A stretch of DNA of 64,000 bases, taken from assembly GCA_904063045.1 (NCBI GenBank), contig CAJFCJ010000028.1, positions 949,232 to 1,013,231 on the forward strand, given 5' to 3'. The position numbers were made by a program, and so were the translations under genes. The notes beneath the pieces were generated by a model. That model did no database searches, had not been told where the DNA came from, and worked only from the letters and a program-made list of their open reading frames with translations. Shown piece by piece: positions 40,401 to 53,696 of the stretch (the stretch's first letter is position 1; each line of letters opens with the position of its first letter). The DNA is from Dimorphilus gyrociliatus. Lineage: Eukaryota; Animalia; Annelida.

Positions 40401-42444
40401 AATCACGTTTGTAAAATAAGTCTATTTATTTTCAGACTTTGTTCTCAAAATATTACAAAGATATTATTTAAATAAAACATTCTTTAATAGGTTCATTTGT
40501 AAAAAATATATATATCCTTTATATTTTACTCAACTACTCATGGATGGGAGAGATAAAATAGATGGAGAAAAAAAACTTTATCTCAAAGTTAATTGACAAA
40601 AAATCAGGCCTAATTAAATAAATAATTGTACTAAGACCGTAAAGGATCTTTTGTTGAAGAGGTAAATAAGTAAAATGGATGGAGAATGTCCGAGAAAAGA
40701 AATATATTTGCTGTATAAGCGTTTTTTAACTTTTCGTTTATCTATTGATGCACTTTCTACAGAAAATTTTGTAAAACTAGTCTGAGCATCAGACTTTTAT
40801 CTGATAAAAAGACACATTGCTTTCCTGAAATTTTCAATCAAATAGATCGCTCTACTTTACCCTTAGAGACTAAGTTCCGTATGTAGGTCTACACTCTTGC
40901 AGACTTAGTATACGTAATCAGTTTGGTGCTTTTTCTTTCCAACCCTCTCTCTCTCTCTCTCTCTTATGCGCTGAAACCTATAGTCCTAAAGCGCTTTACA
41001 ACGATAATTTCGCACAAAATCATGAACTCGGTCTTCCGGATCAAATCGCTTCGTTTGCTCAATGCCAAAGAGTAATGATTTTTCAAGTTAACTCTGATGA
41101 TCATTAATAACAAATACATTTTTATGAAACATTAGAAAAGTAAAAATAGTAACGAATCGTGAAAAATCGATGCTTTTACGGTAAATTTATAGTCACTATC
41201 AACAATAAATAGACCATGTGTCAGAGACAGAATCCATCAGGTGTTTTTTGATGCTAAATTTGCTAAATTATTATCATCAAGCGGCTATTACATAGCGCTT
41301 AATAACTGGTTAAAAAGACGAATGCGATTCTAGGGAAAAATCACGACTCTTCGCCTATATGAGAACTTTTAATAAAAGAGTTAAAATAATAATAAGCTGT
41401 TGGAAAAAAAACATTCACTTGTTAAATAAAATAGGATTATTTAAATAATCCTTCAACAAAATTTGTATTAGCTTTTAGGCACTTTTACAAGGATTAATAG
41501 CCGAATAGGTGGTATGGACCATAACAGATTTTCAACACCCATCTAGCTCTTTCACTTAAGGTTGAGTTTTCGCAATTAAATCACGTGACCCCACTTATTT
41601 AACTCTTACGATAATCACGATGTAAAAATTACTGTTAACCTCCTCTTCCCGCCGGGAAAAATTGAAAAGAGATCAAGTTTTCTTTTCATTTTCCTTTCAG
41701 ATTATGAATTAATTGATTGAATGTTATTTTTCTTTATTAGATGGATTTAGACGGATAAGAGGGGATTTTGATAATAGATTTGCCCTTTTACAACCAACTA
41801 CCTTCAATTAAGGATAGATGATAAATTATAGTTTGCAATCAGTTCAATATCTACTTTTATATTGTCTATTAAGAAATTATAATAAATTATCATACATTAC
41901 CTATAGTAGTGATTACAGTAACTGAAAACAGCAAAGCTCCCGGAAAGGTCCAAACTAAATCGTCTTCATTATCTTTAGCCAAAGCTTTCCTTTTCGAGCC
42001 TAGTTCCTTAGCCGGCTTAGGCGTGGTTTTAAGTTGTTCTTGCTGAAATCTTCTATATCCATCCCACCAAGAATTTTCAAATCTCTCCAATAATCTACTT
42101 GCATTTTTCTTCCATTTCTCCTCAAAAAGAACATTATATTCCCTTGTCATTTTCCACAATAATTCAACAGTTTTTTGCCTTTCCTTAGCAAAGTTGGAAT
42201 ATTCATATATTTTATAATTATCTGCCGTAGAATTTGTTAAATTCGTCAAAGTATTATTTCTTTGTAATTTCATTTTAATTTCATAAGGCTGTTCCAATTC
42301 TACGAAAACGAAGCCTCCTAATATAGTATAACCTACTAATAGACAACAGAGTCCCACTGTTGAAAACAGAAAAGCTAAAAAATTCTTGCAACAAGTCGCG
42401 CATTTTCGACGAATAGGAACAATTTCTTCCTCCAAGTCAGCCAT
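34456..42444 (-). CDS. Two-pore domain potassium channel (K2P; TWK/TRESK/sandman-like), 3 exons
   Basis: Exons 41901-42444, 34998-35393 and 34456-34718. P1 filter WTFPGALLFSVTVITTIG|YG is split by a 6.5-kb phase-1 intron; P2 filter YFCFITLTTIGFGDFVPG; TM4 YLVFGLALIAMCFNLMQEEV; stop TAA at 34456-34458. Confidence 0.95.
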
Positions 42445-45022
42445 CGGCGATTCGACGATTAATGATATCGAAACGATAGTTGCGCCTTCTAACGGTCGTA
42501 AAAGTTATTAGCTTTTTCAATTAATCCATTCTTGGAAAACATGAATACTTTTTATCTTTTGTCTTAAAATTTCAAAAATTTCATTAACATTGTTTTCATT
42601 ATAAATAGAATGTATAGTCTTTTTTTTTCCTTTTACATTTATTGAACGGAAAGAAATGTTGTCATTTTATTCATCAAAACTTATTTTTCCAAGAAGAATA
42701 TCGCTAGGAGAAAGTCCTCTTTTTACCCTTCAAAAAAATGTGTGGTTTTTATTTCCCTTCCTTTTCTCTTTCTACTTCATTCTTGTATTTTTTTTTGTAT
42801 AATAGTTTATTATTAATATAGTCTAGACGCCACATTCCTATCCTTAGGTAAAATTTTTGGTTATTTCTTGAAAAGAAAACAATGATATTCGGCCAAAGAT
42901 ATGAATCTTTCATTCTTAGAAAAAGGAATCTTTGAAGAGAGATACGGAGATGTTAATTATATGTATTTTATTAAAATTATTCAAAATTTCCAGCATTCAA
43001 CTATACAACATTTTATCGTTAAAATCCAATTCCTCTAATGATACTATTATGTGAATAAAATGGAATTTTGTTTTTTAAAGAAAATAGAGAGAGAGAGAGA
43101 GGGAGGGAGAGAGAGAAAATAAGAAAGATTGAAGGGAGAAAGATATCAATTATTAAAAAAAAAGTAAAAAAATTTCACCATTAATTGACATCGTTGTTGA
43201 TAAATTTATAAAGAAGCAGAGAGGGTATCCGTTAATACCACGTTTCTGATTGGTTACAGGCTACTCCCTAAGATAACAGTAATAGGCCTATTTTCGGTAT
43301 TATATAGTTTAAGATCGTGTGAGAAAAGTTGTCGGAATCTGGACGAAGAGATGTATATATATATTTTGTTGTAGTAATAAATAGAAAAAAGAGTTTCAGC
43401 TGAATTTTATCTTTTAATTTTTTACATATACATATATACAGTGTATAATAGCTTAATATAATCGATATAATGTATTTCGTTTCTTTAAACGATTATTCAT
43501 TTAAATATTCATAAATTGCTTTGAATATCTTTTCCAGTTGTTAACTTATGATAATAAAGATACATTAAAAAGAAAGTTTAATTAGAAATATACTAATCAA
43601 TAATTCGTTTGATATGTTTATATAAAGCGTAACGAAAGAAATAGTTAAGATCGTATTACATCATCAATTATGCAGAACAAACAATAAAATATCATTTTTT
43701 TGGATTAAAAACAACTTCTTTTTAATTAATGAAACAAGGAATAGTGCCAAAAAAAGAGAAGAGAGATAAAAGATTGCGCAATAGTTCAGAGAATTCATAC
43801 AAAGAGATTTGAAAAAACGTCTTTGCGGTTATTAGTATTAGCAGTTTATATCTGTTATGGACATCTTAACAATCGAGAATAAGTTTTAGCTTTCTGCATG
43901 ATATTTTTGAAGTATCTATTAGATATCGGAAATTGATATTTTTTCTATTATCGTGGAATAGCTCTTTTTGTATAGCAGTCAGAATTTGCCTTGTTCCTTT
44001 ACATTTGAAATAAAGCTGATGAAGGAAGAAACTAGGAAAAGAGAGAGAGAATGTCGGAGGGCACTTTAAATTTGTTACATACTCTTCACTGTTTATCCAA
44101 GTAATTATTACATTTTCAGATGATAGTTAACAGTTGTTCACTCTAGTTGAGACTTAATATTACAAAATGACAGGAGAAAAGGGAGGAAATTGTTACATCT
44201 TTCTCTTGCGCATCGCTCCTCTTTATTTCTTCTTATCTTTCTATTTACAAGAAAATTTCTTGGAATCTGATAAAGTTTAATTGCGAAAAAAACATAAAGT
44301 AGTTGATTGACTAAAACCTGTACACAGTAAGAATGTTTGTATGGTGGGTCGTTATTCAAATAAACAAATGCCTTGTCGGTCCGCTTCAGCCAATTTGCAA
44401 GATACCAGACAGGAGAATTTTACAGAGACGCAAGAAATCTGCTATTTTTGTAATATAGGCTGAGTTTTTTGTTCCTATGGCAAAGGAATACTTGCCCTTT
44501 TTCAAATCAAATATACAAAGAAGATGGAAGATTTTAAATAGACTTTGCTGTGTTTTTAGTATTTTCTTCTCTTTTTAACCTCAAGATTCCATTTGATCAT
44601 AAACTTTGTCATTTACTTTCTTTTTCTTGGACTCTTACGAAAGAATAAAGAATTTTCCATCGATTCTAAATAAAAAAAACCTATCAAACTAGGTTTTGCA
44701 ACTAGACTATTAGCGCTCCTTTTCATCAATTTAACATTGACAGGTTGAATATTTGTTAATAGGATAGCAATATAACGTTTTGAGATGGAAAGTCTAATCC
44801 CTATAATATAACGCTAATAGCCAAAACCATCAAAAGATTACAAGAATGCTGCTGAATAGGCTAAATCTGTAATAGAAGAATAGTTTCCTTGACATGTACA
44901 TCTCAAGATGAAATACAGAAAAATTATTTGAAATCCTACAAAAATTGTCCATTTATATCAGATGAGATTACTAAATAAGAGATTTTGTACTCTGTTTCTT
45001 TTTATGATGCTTATCCAAAAGA

Positions 45023-45025
<3 letters not shown>

Positions 45026-45067
<42 letters not shown>
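45026..45067. repeat. (TA)n microsatellite
   Basis: About 21 TA units. Confidence 0.9.
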
Positions 45068-45069
<2 letters not shown>

Positions 45070-45298
45070 TTTATACTATACACATACAAATATTTCGTAT
45101 TTTATTTTATAAATATATCAAGGTCAGTCAATGGTGAAGCAAACTCCAAACAAGAAATTTCTTTTCCCCTTCCATCTGTTTTACTTTTTCAAGAATATAA
45201 ACAAAAACAATAATTACTAGCGAATGCAAAATAAGATGATAAAGCGGTGTATAGCTATTTGGATTACTGCAATAACTAATTCATTGCTAAGTAGACGG

Positions 45299-45303
<5 letters not shown>

Positions 45304-45332
<29 letters not shown>
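45304..45332. repeat. (GA)n microsatellite within a purine-rich tract
   Basis: Pure GA run. Confidence 0.9.
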
Positions 45333-45335
<3 letters not shown>

Positions 45336-48300
45336 TGAGTGGGAAAGGAGGAGGGGAGGGGGGAGACAGAGTGTAAAAGAGAGATGATATGAAATGAGTG
45401 TGAGAGAGAGAAAAAGAAGAATGGCAAGAGTCGGACAGAAAGAGATAGAAGATTGATAGGTAAATTGTTACGACAGTTAATTCGGTAAAAGTCCTATTTG
45501 TTAATATGATTGATGAAAATTTCATTAACTTATGAAAAGTAATCTTATGCATTGTTTAAAATAAAAATTAGTTAAACAATTTCATTAATTTCTTACCAAT
45601 CAATTAGTTGATTAACGTAAATAGCTAATTAATTAATAACCATATTTATAATTATAACAATAACCAAGGAGAAGCAAACAACTATATAAAATAAGAAGAA
45701 AACTACGAGTTGAAGTAAAAATTTGCAGTACAGTACAAGTTTGAATTAAACTTTTGGCTTGCTGAAATATTTTCCATATGTTTTTGAAATTTAGCTCTAA
45801 AATAGCTATACTAACTAACTAACTACTTAATCAGTTGGTTGAATAGAAAAGGCAGAAATTCTTTCTAAAATGAAAGTTTCTCTTTAAATTAAGGATAAGA
45901 TAACAAATAGAATAAGAATAATTTTAATTTTAATATAAACACTAATTATATATTTGGTTTGAATCATTACTGTAAAATTTTATGCGTATTTGTTTACGCT
46001 TCTATTACTTTAATGAGAAACTGTAGCTAGTAGATAAACATGCCAAAAATATACCAACTAAAGATAAATTTTAGACATTTTTCTTCCTTTTTCTACATTT
46101 CTCTTGATGTTTTATTATTGTTATTATTAAGTTTTATCTGCTTCTAAGCTTTTGTACTTATCTTACATAAACATAATCCAATAACCAATTTTTAATTAGC
46201 TAATGAATATTCAAATAAATTTAAAATAAAAATATTTAAAGTATAGTTAATGGATTGTTGAGTATAGATTAAAATAAGTGCATAGTAGCCATCTAATTCA
46301 AATATTTAGATAAAAAAAAACAAAATAAGTCAATTTTTTTCAAGTTTTCATATTAATAATAATTAATAGATATGCAGTCTACAGCCTATATATATATATA
46401 TAGAGAGAGAGAGATATTTAAATGATTATACGATGTATTTTCTAGGATCGTTACGTAATATTACAAATTGATAAAGTTAATATCTTCAATATAAATAGGG
46501 ATTGCTGTTGACAAACACATTAAATATATTCCTTTTTATTGGTTGTTAAACAGAGCAAAAAAATAGACCAACTCATGTTCTGTTGTTCAATTACGAAAAT
46601 GTACAATTTCTAGTTCTGATGAATAGTTTAAAAACTTGACATAAAATAATATTATTATTACTATTTAAACGATTATAGATACTTTTACTTCATTTACTAA
46701 TTCCAATGTGCTGTTCTTTGGAGGAAGAGAAAGAAAGAAAGAGAGAGAGAGAGAGAAAAGGAAAAGAATACACCCTCTATATTCTTTAATATCTACTAAA
46801 ATTTTCATTGTTTGTATGTTTTTATATATACATATAAGAAAACTTTCAGCTTTTACCGCCATTTTATAAAATGTTTACTATTCCTGAGGGCATCAGAAGT
46901 AAATCTATAGGCTTTTATCTACAGTATCTTCCTTAGACCGAGAATTTTCCAACCTCAATCTCCCTTTCCCCTCCTCCAGCTCCTCTGTCCCACTCCCCTT
47001 TTATTGCCTATGAATTCGTCGTAAATCATGGAATGAACTTTAATTATATAGTACTCCTTGATTATATAGTATATAGGAAAGCTTAAATGATCCGTAATTA
47101 CAAATTATCCGAGTGGGCGGATAAACAGATAAAAAAATAGTTCATTAGATATATTCATACGCATTATGTAATCTTTTATGAATAATATATTTAAAGAAAT
47201 TATTAGTATCTAGTAATTTATACTTTCTTTGCATCAATAAAACTAAATTACGACGGCTGAACATTTTATATAAAGTACTTGGAATAAAAAGACAAGAATA
47301 AGGAAATGGAGGATGTAGAACCAGCAGGACAATACAAGTTTAAATATATCGACTTACAATGTTGAATAAAAATTTTCCATGTTTTATTTTACCTATTCAA
47401 ACTTTTTTTATGGCTTTAAGCCAATAGAAAACGTCGAAAAATCTAAAAATAGATGATAAGGGAAAGAGAATATTCTTTATTTGTAGTTTTATACACTTAA
47501 CTACGTTCATTTAATCTATTAAAAGTCTTTTACTTTCCTTTTCACCTCCCACCTTCCCTCCCTTCATAGGTAATATTTTTATGTTTTTTCACATAAGTTA
47601 ATTTAAACTTTTATACTCTAATCTTTTAACTTAGTTTATAATAAAGCAAATCTTTTTAATAAGACTTCTCCTCTATAAGTTTATCCGATTACTATAATTT
47701 ATTACAGAAGAACCAAATCTTTCTCTCTTTCTCCTCCACTCCCGCCCTCCAATTTCTCTCCTTGTCTGTTTATATCAATAGTTTCTCCATCTAGTGGCGA
47801 CTCTTTGAAATTGTTTGTGTAGTATATTTATCTTGAAAAAAGAAAAAAAGGAAATTTAAGTGGCGATGAAGTTGACATTTCTGTTGTGTTTCTTGTTAAT
47901 TGAGAAGAGATTTATTTTAATTAGAGGATAAAGAGAATTATAACGGTAAAAGGTTTGAAACTTATCGATTCTGTCTGCATGTCTGCTTTAGTAGAAAAAA
48001 AAATAGTTGGAAACGTTCCCATATTTATTTTTCTTCATTTGAAAGTTGTTGAATAGTTTACACCTAGGCATAAACTAAGAGGAGAATCGGTATAGGAGCC
48101 ATTTTAAATACTAATCAGAACAAGTTGGAAAAACGAAAAGTAGAGGTAAAAATATTCCTTACATAGCATTTTTGTACTCTACTATGTAAATACAGGTGTT
48201 AATCTTTTATTCATAAAAACAATGTTTTATCGAATCTCTGATATTTCTTGTAAGAGTCATTGATTAATTTGTTTCTATTATCATTTTACTAAGTAAAATA

Positions 48301-48666
48301 AATCTTTGGTTTGCAAGTTTATTCACACGAATATATAACAAATGTAAAAGAGAGTAAAATAAGTAATTAGGTACACTACCTATTTTATACAATATACAGT
48401 ATATATACATTAACCTTGAATGGAAATTAGGTCGATTTACAGAAATATAAAAAAATAGAAGAGAGAACAAAAATGAATAATGAGCATCTTCCAGATAACC
48501 AATATAGTTAGACACCTGTCTTAAAGAATTTAAGTAACATAAAAGTTATAGGTAGAAAAAGATACTCTCTTCTCACTTATTAAACAACAAGCATATGTTG
48601 ATTAAAAAGTAATGTTCAGAAGAAGAAGAATGAGGAAAAGGATGTGATGAAAGAGGAGGATGAATA

Positions 48667-49924
48667 TCAACCAATAATCGTATTCTCTTTTTTAAAACAT
48701 AATCTTAGTGGTTTAAATAACTGTTTAAAGTATTCGTTAATCCTTTTTCTGAATTGTTCTTGAAGTATTATATATATAAAACAGTTTGTGCAATTGTTTA
48801 AATAAAATGTATCGTGCAGTATTAAATATTTTGGTATTATACTAAATGTACCAAGCCAGAATGGTATCCATGAAACTATAAATATAACAGTTATACCAAA
48901 TAGCATACTTGCTGATTTAATTTGAATTTTTAATGAAGATAATGACGTTGACCCAATTTCTTGAGCTGAAAAAGAGATAAGAAGATAATCTACTGAAATA
49001 TTTACAACACGTGTTAAGATTAATGCCTTACTATTTCTATTTTCTGCTGTTTGTCCGTTGAAGCCGGTCCGCCTAGATCGCTTAACTCTTTTATAGATAA
49101 CTATATAGATTGATGTATAAGAGAAGATAATTTCAGCAACGACAAATAGAAACGTAAAGACAAATAGTATGCCAACTAGAAGAGGCCCTATTCTACCCGT
49201 CATATGACAAATAAACTTTCCAGTTTTTTCATTTACTTCATAATCAAAAAAGACGCCGGTGAGCGTTCCAGCAATGAGAGTACTAGAGAAAACATTAACC
49301 AAGTTTATAATCATTACGTGTTTCTTTTGTAGAATGTGAGGTTTACGAACGGAGAACCTAATGTAATTTCCAGCGGGTAACATATTAATTGTGCAATTTC
49401 TTTTATATACTTATATAATATTTTTTATATGAGAAAGAAAGACCGAGATAGATTTAGTATGTATAATCTTTTGAAACTTTTTAATATAATATCATTTTTA
49501 TTACTCTACAAAGAAAGAACTTTTTCCTTTTCAGTTATTTCTAAGACATAATGAGGCATTTATACATTTTTTCCTTTCTATTATCCATTGGAAATTACGC
49601 AAACCATCTTTCAAGAGCAACCGAACCAACTGTCGTTACCGAATAGGCGGCTAATGAAAAACTTACTGCCATTAGAGATTTACACAAGTATACTTTATTT
49701 AAAAGTCCAATCTGTAAACAAATTGCTATTGGAATTGCTAATAAACAATTTAGTAAATCCACGATAGCTAATATTTTAATTAAAAAATTTGAAGAAGTTG
49801 ACGACTTTATTCCTTCTGGATAGAATATAATGATTAATAAATTAGAAGGTATACCAATTAGCATGTAGGAAGACATAACTATAATATAAGCCAAGAGAGA
49901 TGTACTTATAACGACAGCCATCAT
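48667..49924 (-). CDS. Orphan class A (rhodopsin-like) GPCR, at least 2 exons
   Basis: TM1 IGIPSNLLII, TM2 LAIVDLL, TM3 C...VALERWFA (DRY-like), then a phase-2 donor GC|gtaatt. In-frame acceptors lie near 49401 or 49362. TM6 FIVSWIPFW, TM7 YLNNCTNCFIY, helix 8 QFRKRI. Confidence 0.9.
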
Positions 49925-50749
49925 TGTAATGTTGTAAGAATATTATTTATGCTAATCAGATCACATATTTTTAAGTCTCTTGCTATATTTTCTCTTACTA
50001 TATTATTCATAGTGATGTAGAAGATAATAATAATCCTACTGATTTTAGATACTCGCATCAAATAATACTTTTGCCGCTCCTATTAATCGTAAAACATATA
50101 ATATTCCCTTAATTTCCTTTAGAATTTTAAATTTTGCTGTCGGATACAATAGAAAAAGAAATGATTATATTATATGTCAATTTATATGGCAATTATAAAA
50201 AGCAGTTGAATAGGTTATGTTTGTTTCAAATATAGATACTCTATCCTTATATAAAGTATTAATATCGCCAATTTAAAATTGAGAAATCTAACTGCTTAAT
50301 GTAACAAAATATTTCTATATTTTCAATAAATTTATATTATAAACAAAATAAAAGAAAGTTGAAATTTAAGATATTATTTACTTTGTGTTTTCTTTCTCTT
50401 TTTTTCCTCCCTCCCTCCCTCCCTCCCTCACTCACTCACTCTCTCTCTTTCTTTCTTTCTTTCTTTTTGTTTTTATTGTACGACGACGAATGGGAAAGGA
50501 AAGATTACAGATTGAATAGGGGAAGACAACGATAACCATTAATATCAATATATTTAAATACGTGTGCATAAACACGCTTACAAAATCAGTTTAGTACATT
50601 CCTAACTTTTTGAATATTTTTGTATTTAAAATGTCTAGTCCTTCTAAATATGAGATCCACGATTTTCATAATAAATCAATTGCTTTACAACCTGCGAGTG
50701 AGATTATATAAATATTCGAATCTTTTTCCATTATTTACAACCTATTCAA

Positions 50750-52899
50750 TCAATAAATGACTGTTTTTGATCTCGGTGTCCATTTCATTTTCATCCATAT
50801 TGAAGGTGGGGAACAAGTCATTGAGAATTCTCTAGAATAAGGTCCTTGACTTCTCGTTTTGCCCTTGAATGATTCGAATGAGAGAAAAAATCGTTAATTA
50901 CAATAGTCATTAATCAAATCGACAATAACTGTGAGATATAAGGAGTTAATTAGTACCTTTCTATCAAATAATATTTGTTTCTGAGCAGGTAAAGTCCAGT
51001 GAATACTCTGAGCGGATTTAGCTGGTGATGGTACCCTCGGAGTGTTACAATTTCTAATTAAACTATCTTCCATTTGGGATTGCGGTGGTATTGGAGTAAT
51101 TACAGCATTTTTAAAATTTGCAGACTGTGCTGCGCGTATTCTAGCCAATTTTACAAAATCGGTCGGTTTTGTTTTCATTCTCTTTATAACAACTTTTAAT
51201 TCTTTGTCGCTGTAATATAGAATAATAAATAAATAAATATACAGTATATACAGCATATTTATATATATACAGTATCCAACTCAATACTTGTATATAATAT
51301 AATGCAATAAAACGAACAGAAAGGCATGTATTAAGCAATATGAAAAATAACAGATATTTTAGCCTATATTACCTTTCTTCTGATGATATAAAACCGTGTC
51401 TTGACCATACTAGATTTTGTTCAACTTTCGAAGTGCTTGGTAATCTATAATGAAGATGGCATGAAAATTAGGCCTATTATATACAGTATTATATAATATA
51501 TAAAGCATATGGCAAATACAAAGAGAGTTTGGAGAGAACTTGTTAAAGTTAGGTTAGCTTCTTATAATTTAAATATTTACAATAGAAACTCTTAAAATAT
51601 GTCCTATACATGATCAAACTAGTAAAGGTCAACTTAAGTGAATAATAATGTTAGGTATAAACCTATATTATTATAAATAAGCGTATATTTTAAAAGAATC
51701 TCTTAACTGAGAATAATTATTAACTTGCTTGAATAAATTGAATAATACCTGAAAGGAACGTTTTTTGTCGCTTTTTCGTTCTTTATTGACAATTGTGTAT
51801 TTTCTCTTGAAGTCGTCAAATTTTGACCAAGATGAGGTAATCCAGTTTTTCTTGGTCTGTCATAAGAATTAATTGATATATTCAATTCGTTTGTTATTTA
51901 ATCCGATTTGTCGGCTTACATTGAAGAGACTGGAGTAATTGTCCATTCAAAACAAACCCTATTACATTCCATGGCAGGATTATTAAATCAGATTTTCAAA
52001 ATTTAAAATGTATAAAAATTTCCTTTCGAAGCTATACAACACTATAAAGTAACGAAAGGGGAACGTTTAGGCTACAAAAGGGCCGTATCGAATGCTTTAA
52101 TCTTGTTTACTGAACACTTTAAAGCTTAGCTTAAAAAATTCAGCCTATAATATCGGGGGCCTAGTCTTAGACTGTAAAAAGTGATTGATTAGTTAATACC
52201 ATGATTAAAGGCGAATATATATATATATATATATTGTATGTAAAAATTCAAGTAGATATATATATATATAAAAGTCTTAGAATATATTGTAAAAAGAACG
52301 AACACTAATTGCCAGCTTGTACTGATTGTAACATAAAATTAATCCTACTACAATTAGTATCTAAAGTCTTACTTGAACGATTATTATTAATTATTTATTA
52401 ATCATTTGATGATAACTAAGAACAAAAGACATATTATAAAAATCACAAAACAGCAATACAACTAGACTGATGCGTTGTAAATAATTTATACCAGAAAATA
52501 TATATATATACTGTATATACTGTGTATATGATAATAACAAAGGCCAAAAGCTCTATTTTCAAATAGAAATCGTATGCCTAAGTTGTTCATTAGCAAAGTA
52601 TACAGTATGCATAGAAATAAATAAGCAATAGTTTATTCTACTCTAGTATTCTAAAATGTCAGTTGAACATTTATAATCCTAGTATATTTAATCAATCAAA
52701 CATTTCCTCCTTGTTAAGTTTAAAGGAAATAGACAATTTAAGTTGAATGAACAATTCAATCCAGTTTTATATTTTTATCACGCAAAAGACTTATAATATA
52801 TTTGTCTTTGTTTCTTTATTAAAACTTTTTAAGTTATTCAGTCTGTAAAAGTAAAAGCGGAAGAATTAAAACTTACCTCCTTAGTCTATAAGCTTCCAT
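50750..52899 (-). CDS. Uncharacterised basic protein, 5 exons, 189 aa
   Basis: Exons 52877-52899, 51749-51856, 51373-51444, 50957-51209 and 50750-50863 (570 nt). All are GT-AG with phases 2,2,2,0 and no internal stop. Protein MEAYRLRRPRKTGLPHLG...KMKWTPRSKTVIY*. Confidence 0.7.
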
Positions 52900-53696
52900 T
52901 TGGGCATAGAATTATTCCGCTATCCGGAAAAGTTTTCTTTTTTCTCTCCCTCTCTCTCTTTCTTCCTTTCTTTTCTTCTTTTCTCTACTTATTTCCCTAA
53001 ATTTCATATGGTTTATAGCATAATAATAGTAAAGCAATTTTGTTGAAAATTGAAAAAATATAAGCTTTCGTGCAGGAAAATTAGTAGGACGACAGGCTAT
53101 CGCAACTGAGCAGCATCGATATTAGAATGAATACTTAATTGATTTACCATTTGGTATTCCTCTGTCAATTGTTTAGTCAATACCTGTTGCTAACAAAACC
53201 TAGCGATCGATGATCCTTTTTAGTAAATATCCCCTAATCTGATAATTGTTGATATATTTGTAAGTTTCTACTATATACCTTTATTATATAAGTCTTAAAG
53301 ATTAAGAAATATTGTATTTCATTACTTAAAGAAAATATTTTATATTTATTATTATAATCTTGTATTTCACATATAAAATCCTATATATATTTCTTAATTA
53401 AAAGTCTCAACTACTATTCAATATTTGTTCAAGTACTACAATTGACTTTAGCCATTGGAAAATTTTGATAATCTGCGTGTTGAAGTTTCCACATTATTCT
53501 AAATGTCTTTCTCAATGTTTTCTAATTGAAAATTATTATGAATTATAATTTATTTAATTTATTCATTTTTTTTATAAAAACAAGAAATATAAGAATTATA
53601 TGAATGAAAAAAAGAGAAAGTGTACCAGTTTTACACTTTCATATATTTATGTGCTATTTACAAAAAGATGTACTTGTTTATTTAATTACGAACTTT

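Noticed and set aside
44138-48515. ORFs in the K2P upstream region (44138, 44962, 45217, 46665, 48264)
   Set aside because: Driven by microsatellites and poly-Y/R tracts (IYIYIY, LSLSLS), with no splice or motif support.
49595-49597. Apparent premature TAA after ERWFA in the GPCR (readthrough or pseudogene)
   Set aside because: The TAA lies inside a GT donor (GC|gtaatt), and in-phase acceptors restore the frame.
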